From contig JASGJH010000001.1 of NCBI GenBank assembly GCA_047601445.1, positions 5,440,001 through 5,504,000 on the forward strand: a stretch of 64,000 nucleotides of DNA, in the 5' to 3' direction. This document shows positions 37,543-47,257 of the stretch, piece by piece. The notes under the pieces were generated by a model, which made no database searches, was not told the DNA's origin, and worked only from the letters and a program-made list of their open reading frames with translations. The stretch is from Myxococcales bacterium. Lineage in GTDB: Bacteria; Myxococcota_A; Polyangia; Polyangiales; DASUME01. The position numbers and the translations under genes were made by a program. Position 1 is the first letter of the stretch, and each line of letters starts with the position of its first letter.

Positions 37543-39474
37543 TCAGAGATTGGTCCAGTCGTGCCCGATGGCGTCGTCGCACGTCTTCTTGTTGGCCGCG
37601 TCCACCGAGTAATACACCTCGGTCACGTGCAGCGTGACCGCGTCGTACTCGCAGGTGCCGTAGGCCGTGTTGTTGGCGGCCTTGACCGGGCAGGGGCGAC
37701 CCGTATCCCACGTGCGGCCCGTGCCCACGCAATCCCAGACGTTCGTGCCGGCGCCAGCGCCCTTGTACTGGACGCAGTAGGGCACGTTGTTGGTCACCCA
37801 GCGGCAGCTGGCCACGTTGCTCTGGTTGTCCGCCGGCAGCTGACCGCAGCCGAGGAAGGTAGAGGTTCCCGTCCAGTTGCCCATGCCGGTGGCCGTGCAG
37901 GTATGGGTCTGCTCCTGCGGCGCGCACGCCGCGTCCGGGAAGGCTGCGCCGTAGCGAACCCGAGTCTCGAACTCGCCCACGTAGAGCTTCTTGGCGTCCA
38001 CCGTGCAGTACGCCTTGCACGTGGCCTTGTTGTACGTGCTGGGGCTGCCGCTCCAGACCGACCAGGTGCCGTCGCTGCAGGTGCGCTGCTGATCCTGCGA
38101 CTTGCAGGTCGCCGGCACCGCCACTTCGAGGTCCTGGTACACGGTGCGCGACTGCGTGGCGCCGTGATCGCCGCCGTCGCAGTTGTGCTTGCACTCGGCC
38201 GCCGTCCAGGCGGGGTGGTTGCCCACGAAGGGTCCCCAAGTGCCATCGGTGCAGGTGCTGACCTGGATCTCACTCACGCACTGGGCGTTGAATGCCACGC
38301 GCGCGTTCTCCCAGCGGGTCTGCGTCTTGGTGCTGCCACTCGGCACGGTGCCGCCGCCATCCGCCGCGCAAGCGGCAGGGTTCAGCACGGTGCAGCTCGT
38401 GAAGGTGAAGGCACCCGTGTACGGGTCCAAGACGCCGTTGTTGCAGGTCGCCACCTGGCTATCGAGATTGCACTGCTGGCCCGAGGGCACGGTGGCCGTC
38501 TGGTAGCGCTTCCAGGTGTACTTGGCGCCGTGCGCGAGGGGCGCGCCGCCGTCGGGGTTCGTGCAGGTCTTCTGGCCGTAGGGCGCGCAGGAAGCCTTGG
38601 TGAAGAGCGCGGCGCCGCCGGCAGCGGTCCACGCACTCCAGGTGCCATCATTGCAGGTGCTCGACTGCTCCTGCGACGCGCACGGGGTGTTCTGCGTGGC
38701 TTCTTCGGTCTCCCACAAGGTCTGCTTGCGGACCGTGCCGTCCGGCTGTCCGTCGCAGCTCTTCTTCGTCAGCTTCTCGCAGGTCTCGAAGGTGTAAGCG
38801 GTACCGGACCACCCGCTCCAGGTGCCGTCGTTGCAGGTCCGACTCGCGGTCTGCTTCTGACACTCCTGGTCGGGCTGCACGGTGGCCGCGGCGTAGCGAT
38901 CCTGGGTCTGCACGGTGCCGTGGGGCTGGCCATCACAGGCATCGAAGGTCAGCGGACACTGCGGGAACAAGTAGGTACCCGACCAGTCACCCCATACGCC
39001 GCCGGTGCAAGTGCGCGTCTGGGTCTCCTTCAAGCACTCGCCTTCCACGCCGGCGTCGGTCTGCGTGATCACGCCGTCCCACATCTCGCGGGACTGGCTG
39101 GTGCCCTCTTCACTGCAGGGCTCGGGGGTGTTCCCACCGGCGTCGCCCGGCTCATCGCAGGAGATCACACGGTAGGTGCCGCTCCAGTCGGACCAGGTGC
39201 CGTCCTCGAGGCAGGTGCGCGTCTGGGTCTCCTCCATGCAGGTCTGGCCCGCCGCAGGCGCCGCTTCCTTGTAGCGCGTGCGCGAGTCCTCGGTGCCCAC
39301 CTCGTCGCCGTCGCAATCGACCCCGTCGGTGGAGCCGTCGATGCCCGCGTCGTCGTCGCCGAACGGCGGGAGCTCGATGCCGGGGAACTTCGGCGTGATG
39401 GAATCGGTGCTGCACGCGGCGAGCGTGAGTCCGAGTGCGGCGAGCGTCGGCCAAAGAACTGAGCGGGCGTGCAT
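37543..39474 (-). CDS. Lipoprotein with eight tandem ~60-aa Cys/Trp repeats
   Basis: Lipobox LAAC, repeated C..E.Q.RTC.DG.WS.WSG.Y...C units. Confidence 0.8.
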   Translation of the reverse strand: MHARSVLWPTLAALGLTLAACSTDSITPKFPGIELPPFGDDDAGIDGSTDGVDCDGDEVGTEDSRTRYKEAAPAAGQTCMEETQTRTCLEDGTWSDWSGTYRVISCDEPGDAGGNTPEPCSEEGTSQSREMWDGVITQTDAGVEGECLKETQTRTCTGGVWGDWSGTYLFPQCPLTFDACDGQPHGTVQTQDRYAAATVQPDQECQKQTASRTCNDGTWSGWSGTAYTFETCEKLTKKSCDGQPDGTVRKQTLWETEEATQNTPCASQEQSSTCNDGTWSAWTAAGGAALFTKASCAPYGQKTCTNPDGGAPLAHGAKYTWKRYQTATVPSGQQCNLDSQVATCNNGVLDPYTGAFTFTSCTVLNPAACAADGGGTVPSGSTKTQTRWENARVAFNAQCVSEIQVSTCTDGTWGPFVGNHPAWTAAECKHNCDGGDHGATQSRTVYQDLEVAVPATCKSQDQQRTCSDGTWSVWSGSPSTYNKATCKAYCTVDAKKLYVGEFETRVRYGAAFPDAACAPQEQTHTCTATGMGNWTGTSTFLGCGQLPADNQSNVASCRWVTNNVPYCVQYKGAGAGTNVWDCVGTGRTWDTGRPCPVKAANNTAYGTCEYDAVTLHVTEVYYSVDAANKKTCDDAIGHDWTNL

Positions 39475-39725
39475 AAGCTACCTTGCTGGCTGTGGGGACT
39501 GGCTAGTGGGGGACCGCGTTGAGATGTGGCGCACACTGCCCCAGCTCACGGGTGAGGGGCCTTCAGTAACACGGCTCTGGGCCGAGAGACCACAGGGTAT
39601 GTGCTGGATCTGGGCCAGATCGACGGCGCCCGTGCGCTCGGAGGTCAATTCGGCGGTCAACTGGGCAAATCTCGGTCCGGGTTTGTTCGACTGTTCACGG
39701 ACCCTACGACCGGGGTGATGAACGC

Positions 39726-39765
39726 AAAAAGCGCGAGGCCGCCCCGTGAAGAGCGGCCTCGCGCT
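39726..39765 (-). terminator. Intrinsic terminator
   Basis: On the minus strand, 13-bp stem agcgcgaggccgc/gcggcctcgcgct followed by a T-run, 25 nt after the stop at 39790. Confidence 0.8.
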
Positions 39766-39789
39766 GGAGAGCCCCGTGGTGTCGTCGGC

Positions 39790-41778
39790 TCAGGTGGGGT
39801 TGTCGTAGTAGCCGTTCGGCGCGCAGAAGGGCACCGAATAGTCCACGTCGCAGACCCAGCCCTCGTGCATGAACACGCAGTCACCCGACGCGCAGTCGTC
39901 GCCACCCTTGGCCGGGTCGCAGGTCTCACCGGTGTGCAGGTACTTCGTGCAGGTGCCTGTCTGAGGCGTGGGGCCGTCAGCGCAGTAGGAACCTTCAGCG
40001 CAGCGGAAACCGTTGGGGTTCGTCTGATCGCAGGTGGCGCCGTCGGCGAGCGGCGCCGCGCACGCGTAAGAGGTTGCGGTTTTCTGACACCAGTTGCTCT
40101 TGCACCAGGCGTGCACGCCGGCGCAGTAAGTGCCGTCGGGCAGGTCGACGAGCTGGCTCTGGGTCTCGTTGAGCTGGAAGCACTTGCCTGCGCTGGCCCC
40201 GTCGGACGGCCAACAGTAGAGGCCGATGTCGCAGTTCGAGAACCCGTTGGGCGTAGTGCACGGGTTGTTCAGCGCCACCGCGCCCGCCGTGCAAGTGCCA
40301 GCGCTGCACCACTGACCGGCCGGACACTCGTGGTTGCTCCCGGTCGGACAAAGCGCGCCCGCGGCTACCTTCGGAGCGCACTTCGAATTGCCGTCGCAGA
40401 AGCCCGACTGGCAGCTGTTGTCGCGCACGTAGTCGCTGCAGTCGTTACCGCTCGCGATCAACGGCTCGCAGTAGTAGCCGTCATCAGTGACCTCGCAGAA
40501 GCTCCCCTGCGGGCACTTGTCACAGTCGGGACCCACGCAACCGTATTCACAATACGCCGAGCACTTCTTGTCCGTGGCGCAGTGCCCACTCGAACAGTCG
40601 CTGCTGTCGTCGCAGGCCGCGCCCAGGTCGCCCGGCACGCACAGGCCCACGAACGTGTCGTTGCTCTCACTGAAGTCCTGTAGCTCAGGGCTCGCCTTGT
40701 TGCTGCACACCTCGCCCGCCGGGCACATCGAGTTCGAGTAGCAATACGCCCCCTGGGCGCAGTCGGACTTGGTGCACGTCTTGCTCACGGCGTTGCAGGT
40801 GAAGCCCACTTCGCAGTCGATGGACGTGCTGCTACCCCAGTCCCGCAGGTAGGTGGATCGGTCGATCGGCGGAGCGATGTTCTTGAAGGTGGGGTCCAAC
40901 AGGGCGCACGGCTCGCCCTCCTTGGCGCGCGTCTTACAGGTGCCCGCGGTGAAGTCGCAGTAGAGCTCGTCGCAGTCCGACTGCTGCGTGCAGCGGTCGC
41001 CCACCGCAGCCTTGGCTCCGCAGGTGCCCGACTGACCATTCTGATCGTAGGGATCCCCGCGGCAGATCAGGCCGTCCCCGCACTCGTCGAAGTAGAGGTT
41101 GGGCTCGCAGGTGTCGCCGTCGCGCTCCTGACCCTTGAGCAGCTTGGAGAGCGAACACGGATCGGCAGGCTGGGGCAGCGCGGTACAGCTCTCCGCTTGC
41201 TGTAGGTCGCGCGGACACACCTCGGCGCCGATGAACGTGGCACAGGCAGTCACTGCCGTGTCGTCGATCTTCACCAGAATATCGGTGTCGTTGAGCGCGT
41301 GCGCGGCGCGCACGATGGTCTCGAGATATTGCCCGACGCGGCCTCCTAGATCGGACACCTGGGCGTTGTTGATCAGATCCTTGAAGGTGGCCTTGCACTC
41401 GTCGGCGTTCTTCACGCTCGGCCCGTAGAGATAGGAGAGCTCTCCCGTGGTGCAGCAGTTGGCCTCTTTGTCGCACAGCGCGTCGATGACGGGCTGCAAG
41501 CCCGAGCTCACCAGCGAGATGCCATCCGGAATGCACAGCTCCCCCGTGCTGCACGAGCCCGGCACCTTGGGGGTCTCGAGCACGTCGGTGCGCATATCGA
41601 GGCCGTTCAGCTGCGTGTTCAGATTCCCGATCTGATCGCGCAGCTCCTTGACCTGATCACTGAAGTTTTGCGTGCCAGCGTCCGCGTCTCCTCCCTGGTC
41701 GTCGTCGTCAGAGCCGCCGCAGGCCGCAAGTCCCAACACCAGGCAGATCCCCGCTGCCCTCCACCCTTCACGAATCAT
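39790..41778 (-). CDS. Cys-rich lipoprotein (Dickkopf-like Cys repeats, short coiled coil)
   Basis: Lipobox LAAC from ATG 41778 (RBS gaggg), very many Cys in G..C....C..G..C units. Confidence 0.78.
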   Translation of the reverse strand: MIREGWRAAGICLVLGLAACGGSDDDDQGGDADAGTQNFSDQVKELRDQIGNLNTQLNGLDMRTDVLETPKVPGSCSTGELCIPDGISLVSSGLQPVIDALCDKEANCCTTGELSYLYGPSVKNADECKATFKDLINNAQVSDLGGRVGQYLETIVRAAHALNDTDILVKIDDTAVTACATFIGAEVCPRDLQQAESCTALPQPADPCSLSKLLKGQERDGDTCEPNLYFDECGDGLICRGDPYDQNGQSGTCGAKAAVGDRCTQQSDCDELYCDFTAGTCKTRAKEGEPCALLDPTFKNIAPPIDRSTYLRDWGSSTSIDCEVGFTCNAVSKTCTKSDCAQGAYCYSNSMCPAGEVCSNKASPELQDFSESNDTFVGLCVPGDLGAACDDSSDCSSGHCATDKKCSAYCEYGCVGPDCDKCPQGSFCEVTDDGYYCEPLIASGNDCSDYVRDNSCQSGFCDGNSKCAPKVAAGALCPTGSNHECPAGQWCSAGTCTAGAVALNNPCTTPNGFSNCDIGLYCWPSDGASAGKCFQLNETQSQLVDLPDGTYCAGVHAWCKSNWCQKTATSYACAAPLADGATCDQTNPNGFRCAEGSYCADGPTPQTGTCTKYLHTGETCDPAKGGDDCASGDCVFMHEGWVCDVDYSVPFCAPNGYYDNPT

Positions 41779-42053
41779 TCGTCGTGTCCCTCTCGAGAGG
41801 CCACACCCGCGCGCCGTCACGCCGCACGCTGACGGTGGACACCCCCCGGTGCGGTTAAGGCTAACGGGGACGCCGCTTCGAATTCACCTCTAAAAATGGG
41901 AACTTGGGACAAGGCTCTGCGGGCCCCACGGACTCGGCGACGTAGCTCACCAAAACCTGCGGCTGCGAGTTCGGGCGTCCTGCCGAGAGGTGGGCGATGT
42001 GAGGCCGCCTCGAGGAGCGAAGAGAGCGTCTGCCCGCGCGCTAGCATGGGCCC

Positions 42054-42719
42054 ATGGCCACGAGCTTCGAGGATCTAGGCGAATCAACCAGCATGGCGGC
42101 GCTGAAATCGCGCTTCGCGGAGTGCCCCTGGTGGGACAACTTTCGGGAGGCCGAGTCGCTCAATGACGAAGCGCCTCGGGTACGCCTGATCGAGGGCCCG
42201 CTCGAGCTCGACGGTGACTTGCACACCGGGTCCGACCCGTGGGCGGTCATCGTGGATGGCTCGCTGACCCTGAGCGGCACCCTCGAGTGCTACACGGAGG
42301 ATGCGCGCACCAGCACCTTGATCGTCACCGGACCCGTGCGTGCGGCGAATCTCTTCTTTGCCAGCGCGGCTCAGGTGTGGGTCGGGTCCCTCGAGCTCTC
42401 CGGCTTCGTGATCGGCACCTGGGGCGACAGCGGTGCGTGGCTGAGTTCAGCAGGACCGCTCATCGCGCGCGGAGTCCTGCTCGACTCTCACACGGCCGCA
42501 TACGGACACCCCACCCAGGCCATCGTGCTCGCCGGCCGCGGCTGGCAAAACCTGGTCCCCGACATCGCCGACGGCGAAAACGCGCTCTTCGTGCCCGAGG
42601 TGCGGGATCGCGGAGGCCCGTTCTTGAACTTTCACGCGGCACGCGACGCTGCGAAATCCGGCCGGCCCGTCTTCGATGTGGCGCAGGAAGCCTCGCTACG
42701 CGGGCGCAAGGGACTCTAG
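42054..42719 (+). CDS. Hypothetical protein with a bactofilin-like beta-helical segment
   Basis: IEGPLELDGDL..VIVDGSLTLSGTL..LIVTGPVRAANL periodicity. Confidence 0.55.
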   Translation: MATSFEDLGESTSMAALKSRFAECPWWDNFREAESLNDEAPRVRLIEGPLELDGDLHTGSDPWAVIVDGSLTLSGTLECYTEDARTSTLIVTGPVRAANLFFASAAQVWVGSLELSGFVIGTWGDSGAWLSSAGPLIARGVLLDSHTAAYGHPTQAIVLAGRGWQNLVPDIADGENALFVPEVRDRGGPFLNFHAARDAAKSGRPVFDVAQEASLRGRKGL

Positions 42720-43138
42720 TTGGGGGGTTGCGCTTCGCGCTGACGATCTGAATCGAGGTCGCACTCCCGCACGGACACTGGGATCCGAGCAGCGGAGCTT
42801 GCCCGCGCGTGTGCCAACTCACCGTGCGACCGTGTCGATCTGAGCGTTGTGCAGACAGCTCAAGCTCGTGTCAGGTTAAGTCAGACATCGCGTTAGGGAT
42901 GGGTGCCCGCCGAAGCGCGGCGAAGAGTCGCTGCGCCAGTGAGTTCGCTGGCGACCCGGAACGCGTAGAACCTCGTGGAGTCAAGCGTCCCGCCAGAGCG
43001 CAGGTCGCATCCGCCACCTCTATTCGACCCTTCTTCGATCGCACAGGCGAGCGCTCGCACGGTCTGGCCAGGCAGTGCGACGGTGCGTCGTTTTGTGCCG
43101 CGATCTTTCTTGATCAACCAGAAACAGTGGAGAGGCAC

Positions 43139-44191
43139 ATGATCAAAGCGAAACCGAGAAACCACCGAAAATCGACGAGCTGCCTAGTCAGCGGGGCGGC
43201 CGCCATGGCGATGCTCCTCAGCAGCGCCCAGCACGCATCCGCCCTGGAAGACAACATCTGCATCCAGACGAACTGGGCGAGCCACGGCAACAGTCAGAAC
43301 CTTACTTGCACGGCCAATGACGTGCGGGTTGCCGAGGCCTTCAACATCTGTGTGCCCGATGCCACACAGCCATCCGGCCAGTGCTGCCAGTCGGACGGCT
43401 GCCAGCCGACTTGCATCCAGGGCACGCAGTTCACCTTTACCGCGGACTTCAGGGTCGACCTGACCGCACAAACTCGCTACGACGTCGGCATCTACTTCGC
43501 GACCGACGGCGGTGGCAGCGACGGTGCGCTCACCGGGGCGTGCGAACTCAACACCATCGATCCCGCGAACGGACAGAACTTCACCAACCAGGATCGCCCG
43601 CCGGATGTCTGCGGCGACATCGTGAACACTTCCGCCTTCAATCCTCAGATCGTGCACCTCGAGGTTGGCGCTACGTGCCAGGGAACCGCGGCGAACCCCG
43701 AGCAGGTGAACCTGCCGAACTGCACGAGCTGGCGACAGTCGGGCGCTAACGAGGTCTGCGATGAGGCGCGCGATGCCTTCCCGGGCTCGCCCTCCAAGTG
43801 TAACTGCCAGCCGAACTTCGCGATCGACATCTTCGTCGAGCCGCCGGACGCGGCGGTGGTCAAGACCGCCAAGTCGGCCTGCGTCACCTTCGAAGTCAAA
43901 GTGAGTAACCCGACGCAGACCAAAACCTTGAGCCTGAACTCGCTCATCGACGCGCCGTACGGCGACATCACCAACGCTGCGAACCCGAACCTGTGCAGCA
44001 CGACCTGCGGCGGTCTTCCCCGCACGCTCGCGCCGGGCGCGGACTACACCTGCACCTTCGCGGCGCGCGTAGCGAGCTTGGCCACCGTGCAGACCGACAC
44101 GGTCACCGCGACGCTGACGAGCGATGGCCAGAACATCCAGCGCAGTGGTAGCGAACGGGTGCTGATCGATCTGGACCCGCCCAGCAATTAG
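43139..44191 (+). CDS. Secreted Cys-rich protein with a C-terminal Ig-like domain
   Basis: RBS ggagagg, signal peptide (ASA-LE), C-terminal TLAPGADYTCTF motif. Confidence 0.72.
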   Translation: MIKAKPRNHRKSTSCLVSGAAAMAMLLSSAQHASALEDNICIQTNWASHGNSQNLTCTANDVRVAEAFNICVPDATQPSGQCCQSDGCQPTCIQGTQFTFTADFRVDLTAQTRYDVGIYFATDGGGSDGALTGACELNTIDPANGQNFTNQDRPPDVCGDIVNTSAFNPQIVHLEVGATCQGTAANPEQVNLPNCTSWRQSGANEVCDEARDAFPGSPSKCNCQPNFAIDIFVEPPDAAVVKTAKSACVTFEVKVSNPTQTKTLSLNSLIDAPYGDITNAANPNLCSTTCGGLPRTLAPGADYTCTFAARVASLATVQTDTVTATLTSDGQNIQRSGSERVLIDLDPPSN

Positions 44192-44225
44192 CGAGAAGGA
44201 GAGGGGAGAGCGGGCACGGGCACGT

Positions 44226-45830
44226 TTACGGGGAGTTCTCTCGGGCCTGAATCCGTTCGTAGGAGAGCCCGAACCGTGCGAGGTACTTCCGCAAGCGGTC
44301 AGCATCGTTGCTGCTGTTCTTCTTCGCCCGCGAGGCCGCGAACAGTTTACGCCCGGCATCGCTCAGGGACTTCGACTCGCGACATACCCGCACCACCACG
44401 GCGAGCTGCGCTTGGTCGAACAGATCGATCTGCTCCAGGGCTTCCGCATCCAGGTACGCGCTCAGTGCAGGCTCGGGTGTGCTCGCCACCGGTCCCCAGC
44501 TGAATCGCAGGCGCTCGATCTCTCCGCGCACCGTGGCCACGTCGATGCGTCCGCCGGAGGCCAGCGTGGCCATACGGGTCACGGCGGCACGGAAGTCTCG
44601 AAAATTACCCAGCCAGCGCGCATCACGCGAGCGCGCGAACTCCAGGAACAGCGCGCGTGCTTCACGGTTCATGGTGACGCGCCGGTGCTGCTCGGTGTCC
44701 CAGTGCTCGAGCTCGTAGTCGAGGTTGGGCTCGATGTCCTCGAGCCGCTCCGAGAGCCCCGGCAGTTCGAACGTCCACAAGTTGATGCGCGCCAGCAAGT
44801 CCTCGCGAAATGCCCCGTCGCGCGAGGTGAGCTTGCGGTTGGTGCCAGCTAGCAGCTGAAATTCACTGGTCACCGTGCGGTCGCTGCCCACGGGCATGAA
44901 CTTCCGCTCCTCCAAGGCGCGCAGCAACATGGCCTGTTCGTCGCTGCCGAGCTCCCCGATCTCGTCCAGGAAGAGCACGCCGCCGTGGGCCGCACGCAAC
45001 AGGCCCGCGCGGTCGGTGGCGGCACCGGTATAGGCCCCCTTCACGTGACCGAACAGTGCGCTCATGGCGCCGTCGCCGCGGAGAGTGGCGCAGTTGACCT
45101 CCACGAAGGGACCCCTCACCTGCTGCCGATCACGCTTGAGCTCGTACACCCTGCGGGCGAGCTGCGACTTGCCAGCGCCCGTGGGCCCCATCAAGAGAAT
45201 GGGCTCGCGCGAGCGCGTGGCCACCAGCTCGAGCTGCTCGATCAGGCGATTGAAGGCGGCGTTCTTGGTGTCGATGCCCGCCTTGAGGAAGCTGATGCTG
45301 TCTTGTTTCTCGGCCTCGAAGCGACGCGCGATGCTGTCGTACCGACTCAGATCGAGATCGATGATGCCGTACTTGCCCGGCTCGGAACGCTGACGCGCGG
45401 GCGGGGGCGAGGCTTGCAGCAAGCGACCCGGAATGTGGCGCGACTCGGTGAGCAAGAACCAGCAGATCTGCGCCACGTGGGTGCCCGTGGTGATGTGCAC
45501 CAGGTACTCCTCGCGGTCGGGCGCGAAGGGGTAGCTGCGGGCCCAGCTCGAGAGCGCCGCGTAGACCTCCTCGAAGTCCCAGGGATCCTTGAGCGACAGG
45601 CCGTGGTGTCGGACCTCGGTGTGAGGGGACACGCTCACCATGTCCCGGGCCACCAGCTCCGCGAGCGCATGGTTCTCCGGATCGCAGAGCAGCTCGAAGC
45701 GCTCGATCAACAGGTCCTCGTGGCGGCACAGGTCCACGTTCGGCCGCCAGCGCTCCCAACGCTGCTCGCGCATGCCGCCGTCGAGCACGCTGCCCAGGAT
45801 GCCGATCACCACCGTCTTCAGCTTGGCCAC
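44226..45830 (-). CDS. rtcR: RNA-repair transcriptional activator RtcR (CARF + sigma-54 AAA+ + HTH)
   Basis: RWERWRP, DPWDFEEVY, HITTGTHVAQIC, GPTGAGKS, LFGHVKGAYTGA, NDADRLRKYLARFGL. Confidence 0.96.
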   Translation of the reverse strand: MAKLKTVVIGILGSVLDGGMREQRWERWRPNVDLCRHEDLLIERFELLCDPENHALAELVARDMVSVSPHTEVRHHGLSLKDPWDFEEVYAALSSWARSYPFAPDREEYLVHITTGTHVAQICWFLLTESRHIPGRLLQASPPPARQRSEPGKYGIIDLDLSRYDSIARRFEAEKQDSISFLKAGIDTKNAAFNRLIEQLELVATRSREPILLMGPTGAGKSQLARRVYELKRDRQQVRGPFVEVNCATLRGDGAMSALFGHVKGAYTGAATDRAGLLRAAHGGVLFLDEIGELGSDEQAMLLRALEERKFMPVGSDRTVTSEFQLLAGTNRKLTSRDGAFREDLLARINLWTFELPGLSERLEDIEPNLDYELEHWDTEQHRRVTMNREARALFLEFARSRDARWLGNFRDFRAAVTRMATLASGGRIDVATVRGEIERLRFSWGPVASTPEPALSAYLDAEALEQIDLFDQAQLAVVVRVCRESKSLSDAGRKLFAASRAKKNSSNDADRLRKYLARFGLSYERIQARENSP

Positions 45831-45836
45831 CGATAT

Positions 45837-45852
45837 TTATCTTATACGATAA
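45837..45852. promoter_or_regulatory. Candidate RtcR upstream activating sequence
   Basis: AT-rich palindrome TTATC-ttatac-GATAA about 120 bp upstream of the sigma-54 site, immediately upstream of the rtcR start. Confidence 0.6.
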
Positions 45853-45969
45853 TTTTATCCGTGCCTCTCGAGATTGAGCCACCGTCAGTGCCCCGGCGCT
45901 TCCAGCATCTCGCGGAATAGCCACATCTATCCGAGTACTTAGAGCTCTGGTCGTCATCGCCCACCCGGA

Positions 45970-45985
45970 CGGCACGCGGGCTGCT
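45970..45985 (+). promoter_or_regulatory. Sigma-54 (-24/-12) promoter of rtcBA
   Basis: cGGCACgcgggcTGCT with GG(45971-2)-N10-GC(45983-4), 36 nt before the rtcB ATG, next to a bEBP gene. Confidence 0.85.
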
Positions 45986-46020
45986 CTAGCAAGGGTCAGA
46001 ATCAACTTCTGGAGTTCCCG

Positions 46021-47256
46021 ATGACCCGCGAGCACAACTACGACTTCCTCCCCACGCCCTCAGGCCTGCCCATCAAGAGCTGGACGCGCGGGGTGCCGGT
46101 GGAAGCTCCGGCGCTCAAGCAGCTGCAGAACATGGCGAGCTTGCCCTTCATCTACAAGTGGCTGGCCGTGATGCCCGACGTGCACCTCGGGAAGGGCGCC
46201 ACCGTGGGCAGCGTGGTGCCTACCCACAAGGCGATCATCCCGGCGGCCGTGGGCGTGGATATCGGCTGCGGCATGATGGCCGTGCAAACATCGCTCAACG
46301 CCCGCGATCTGCCGGACTCGTTGCGCGACGTGCGCTCCGCCATCGAGCGCGCGGTGCCCCATGGCCGCGAGGTGACGCGTGGTGGACGCGACAAGGGCTC
46401 CTGGGGAAACCCGCCCGAGGCGCAGATCCAGGCCTGGAAGGGCTCGCTCGTGGAGCGCTTCGACGTCATCACCGCCAAGCACCCGGCGATCAAGAACTCG
46501 AACCACGTGGTGCACCTCGGCACGCTGGGTACCGGAAACCACTTCATTGAGCTGTGTCTCGACGAGTCCGATCAGGTGTGGGTGATGTTGCACTCGGGAT
46601 CGCGCGGCGTGGGAAACCGGATTGGGAGCTACTTCATCGAGCTCGCCAAGAAGGAGATGGGTCGCTTCTTCGTGAACTTGCCGGACCGGGATCTGGCGTA
46701 TCTGCCCGAGGGAAGCCAGCACTTCGAGGACTATGTGGAGGCCGTACAATGGGCGCAGGACTTCGCGATGCAGAACCGCCGCTTGATGATGAGTCAGGTG
46801 CTCGGCGCGCTGCGCGGACTCGGGAGCTTGCCCGAGTTCACCACAGATCGCCTAGCGGTGAACTGCCACCACAACTACGTGGCGCGTGAGACGCACTATG
46901 GAGAAGAGGTGTTGGTGACCCGCAAGGGCGCGGTGCGTGCGGGCGTGGGGGATCTCGGGATCATCCCGGGCAGCATGGGAGCGCGTTCGTTCATCGTGCG
47001 CGGCAAGGGAAATCCTGAGAGCTTCTGCAGCTGCAGCCACGGGGCGGGGCGCGTGATGTCGCGCACCGAGGCCAAGAAGCGCTTCACCACGGAGGACCAC
47101 GTGCGGGCCACCGAGGGCATCGAGTGCCGCAAGGACGCGGACGTGATCGACGAGACGCCGATGGCCTACAAGGACATCGACGCGGTGATGGAAGCGCAAA
47201 AGGATCTGGTGGAGGTCGCGCACACGCTGCGTCAAGTGGTGTGCGTGAAGGGTTGA
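46021..47256 (+). CDS. rtcB: RNA 3'-phosphate/5'-OH ligase RtcB
   Basis: MPDVHLGKGATVG, VGVDIGCG, LGTLGTGNHF, LHSGSRG, CHHN, IPGSMG, SCSHGAGR, DETPMAYK. Confidence 0.97.
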   Translation: MTREHNYDFLPTPSGLPIKSWTRGVPVEAPALKQLQNMASLPFIYKWLAVMPDVHLGKGATVGSVVPTHKAIIPAAVGVDIGCGMMAVQTSLNARDLPDSLRDVRSAIERAVPHGREVTRGGRDKGSWGNPPEAQIQAWKGSLVERFDVITAKHPAIKNSNHVVHLGTLGTGNHFIELCLDESDQVWVMLHSGSRGVGNRIGSYFIELAKKEMGRFFVNLPDRDLAYLPEGSQHFEDYVEAVQWAQDFAMQNRRLMMSQVLGALRGLGSLPEFTTDRLAVNCHHNYVARETHYGEEVLVTRKGAVRAGVGDLGIIPGSMGARSFIVRGKGNPESFCSCSHGAGRVMSRTEAKKRFTTEDHVRATEGIECRKDADVIDETPMAYKDIDAVMEAQKDLVEVAHTLRQVVCVKG

Positions 47257-47257
47257 A

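Noticed and set aside
41820..41900. Possible riboswitch upstream of the Cys-rich lipoprotein
   Set aside because: Some pairing potential, but no match to c-di-GMP, c-di-AMP or other consensus motifs I can verify.
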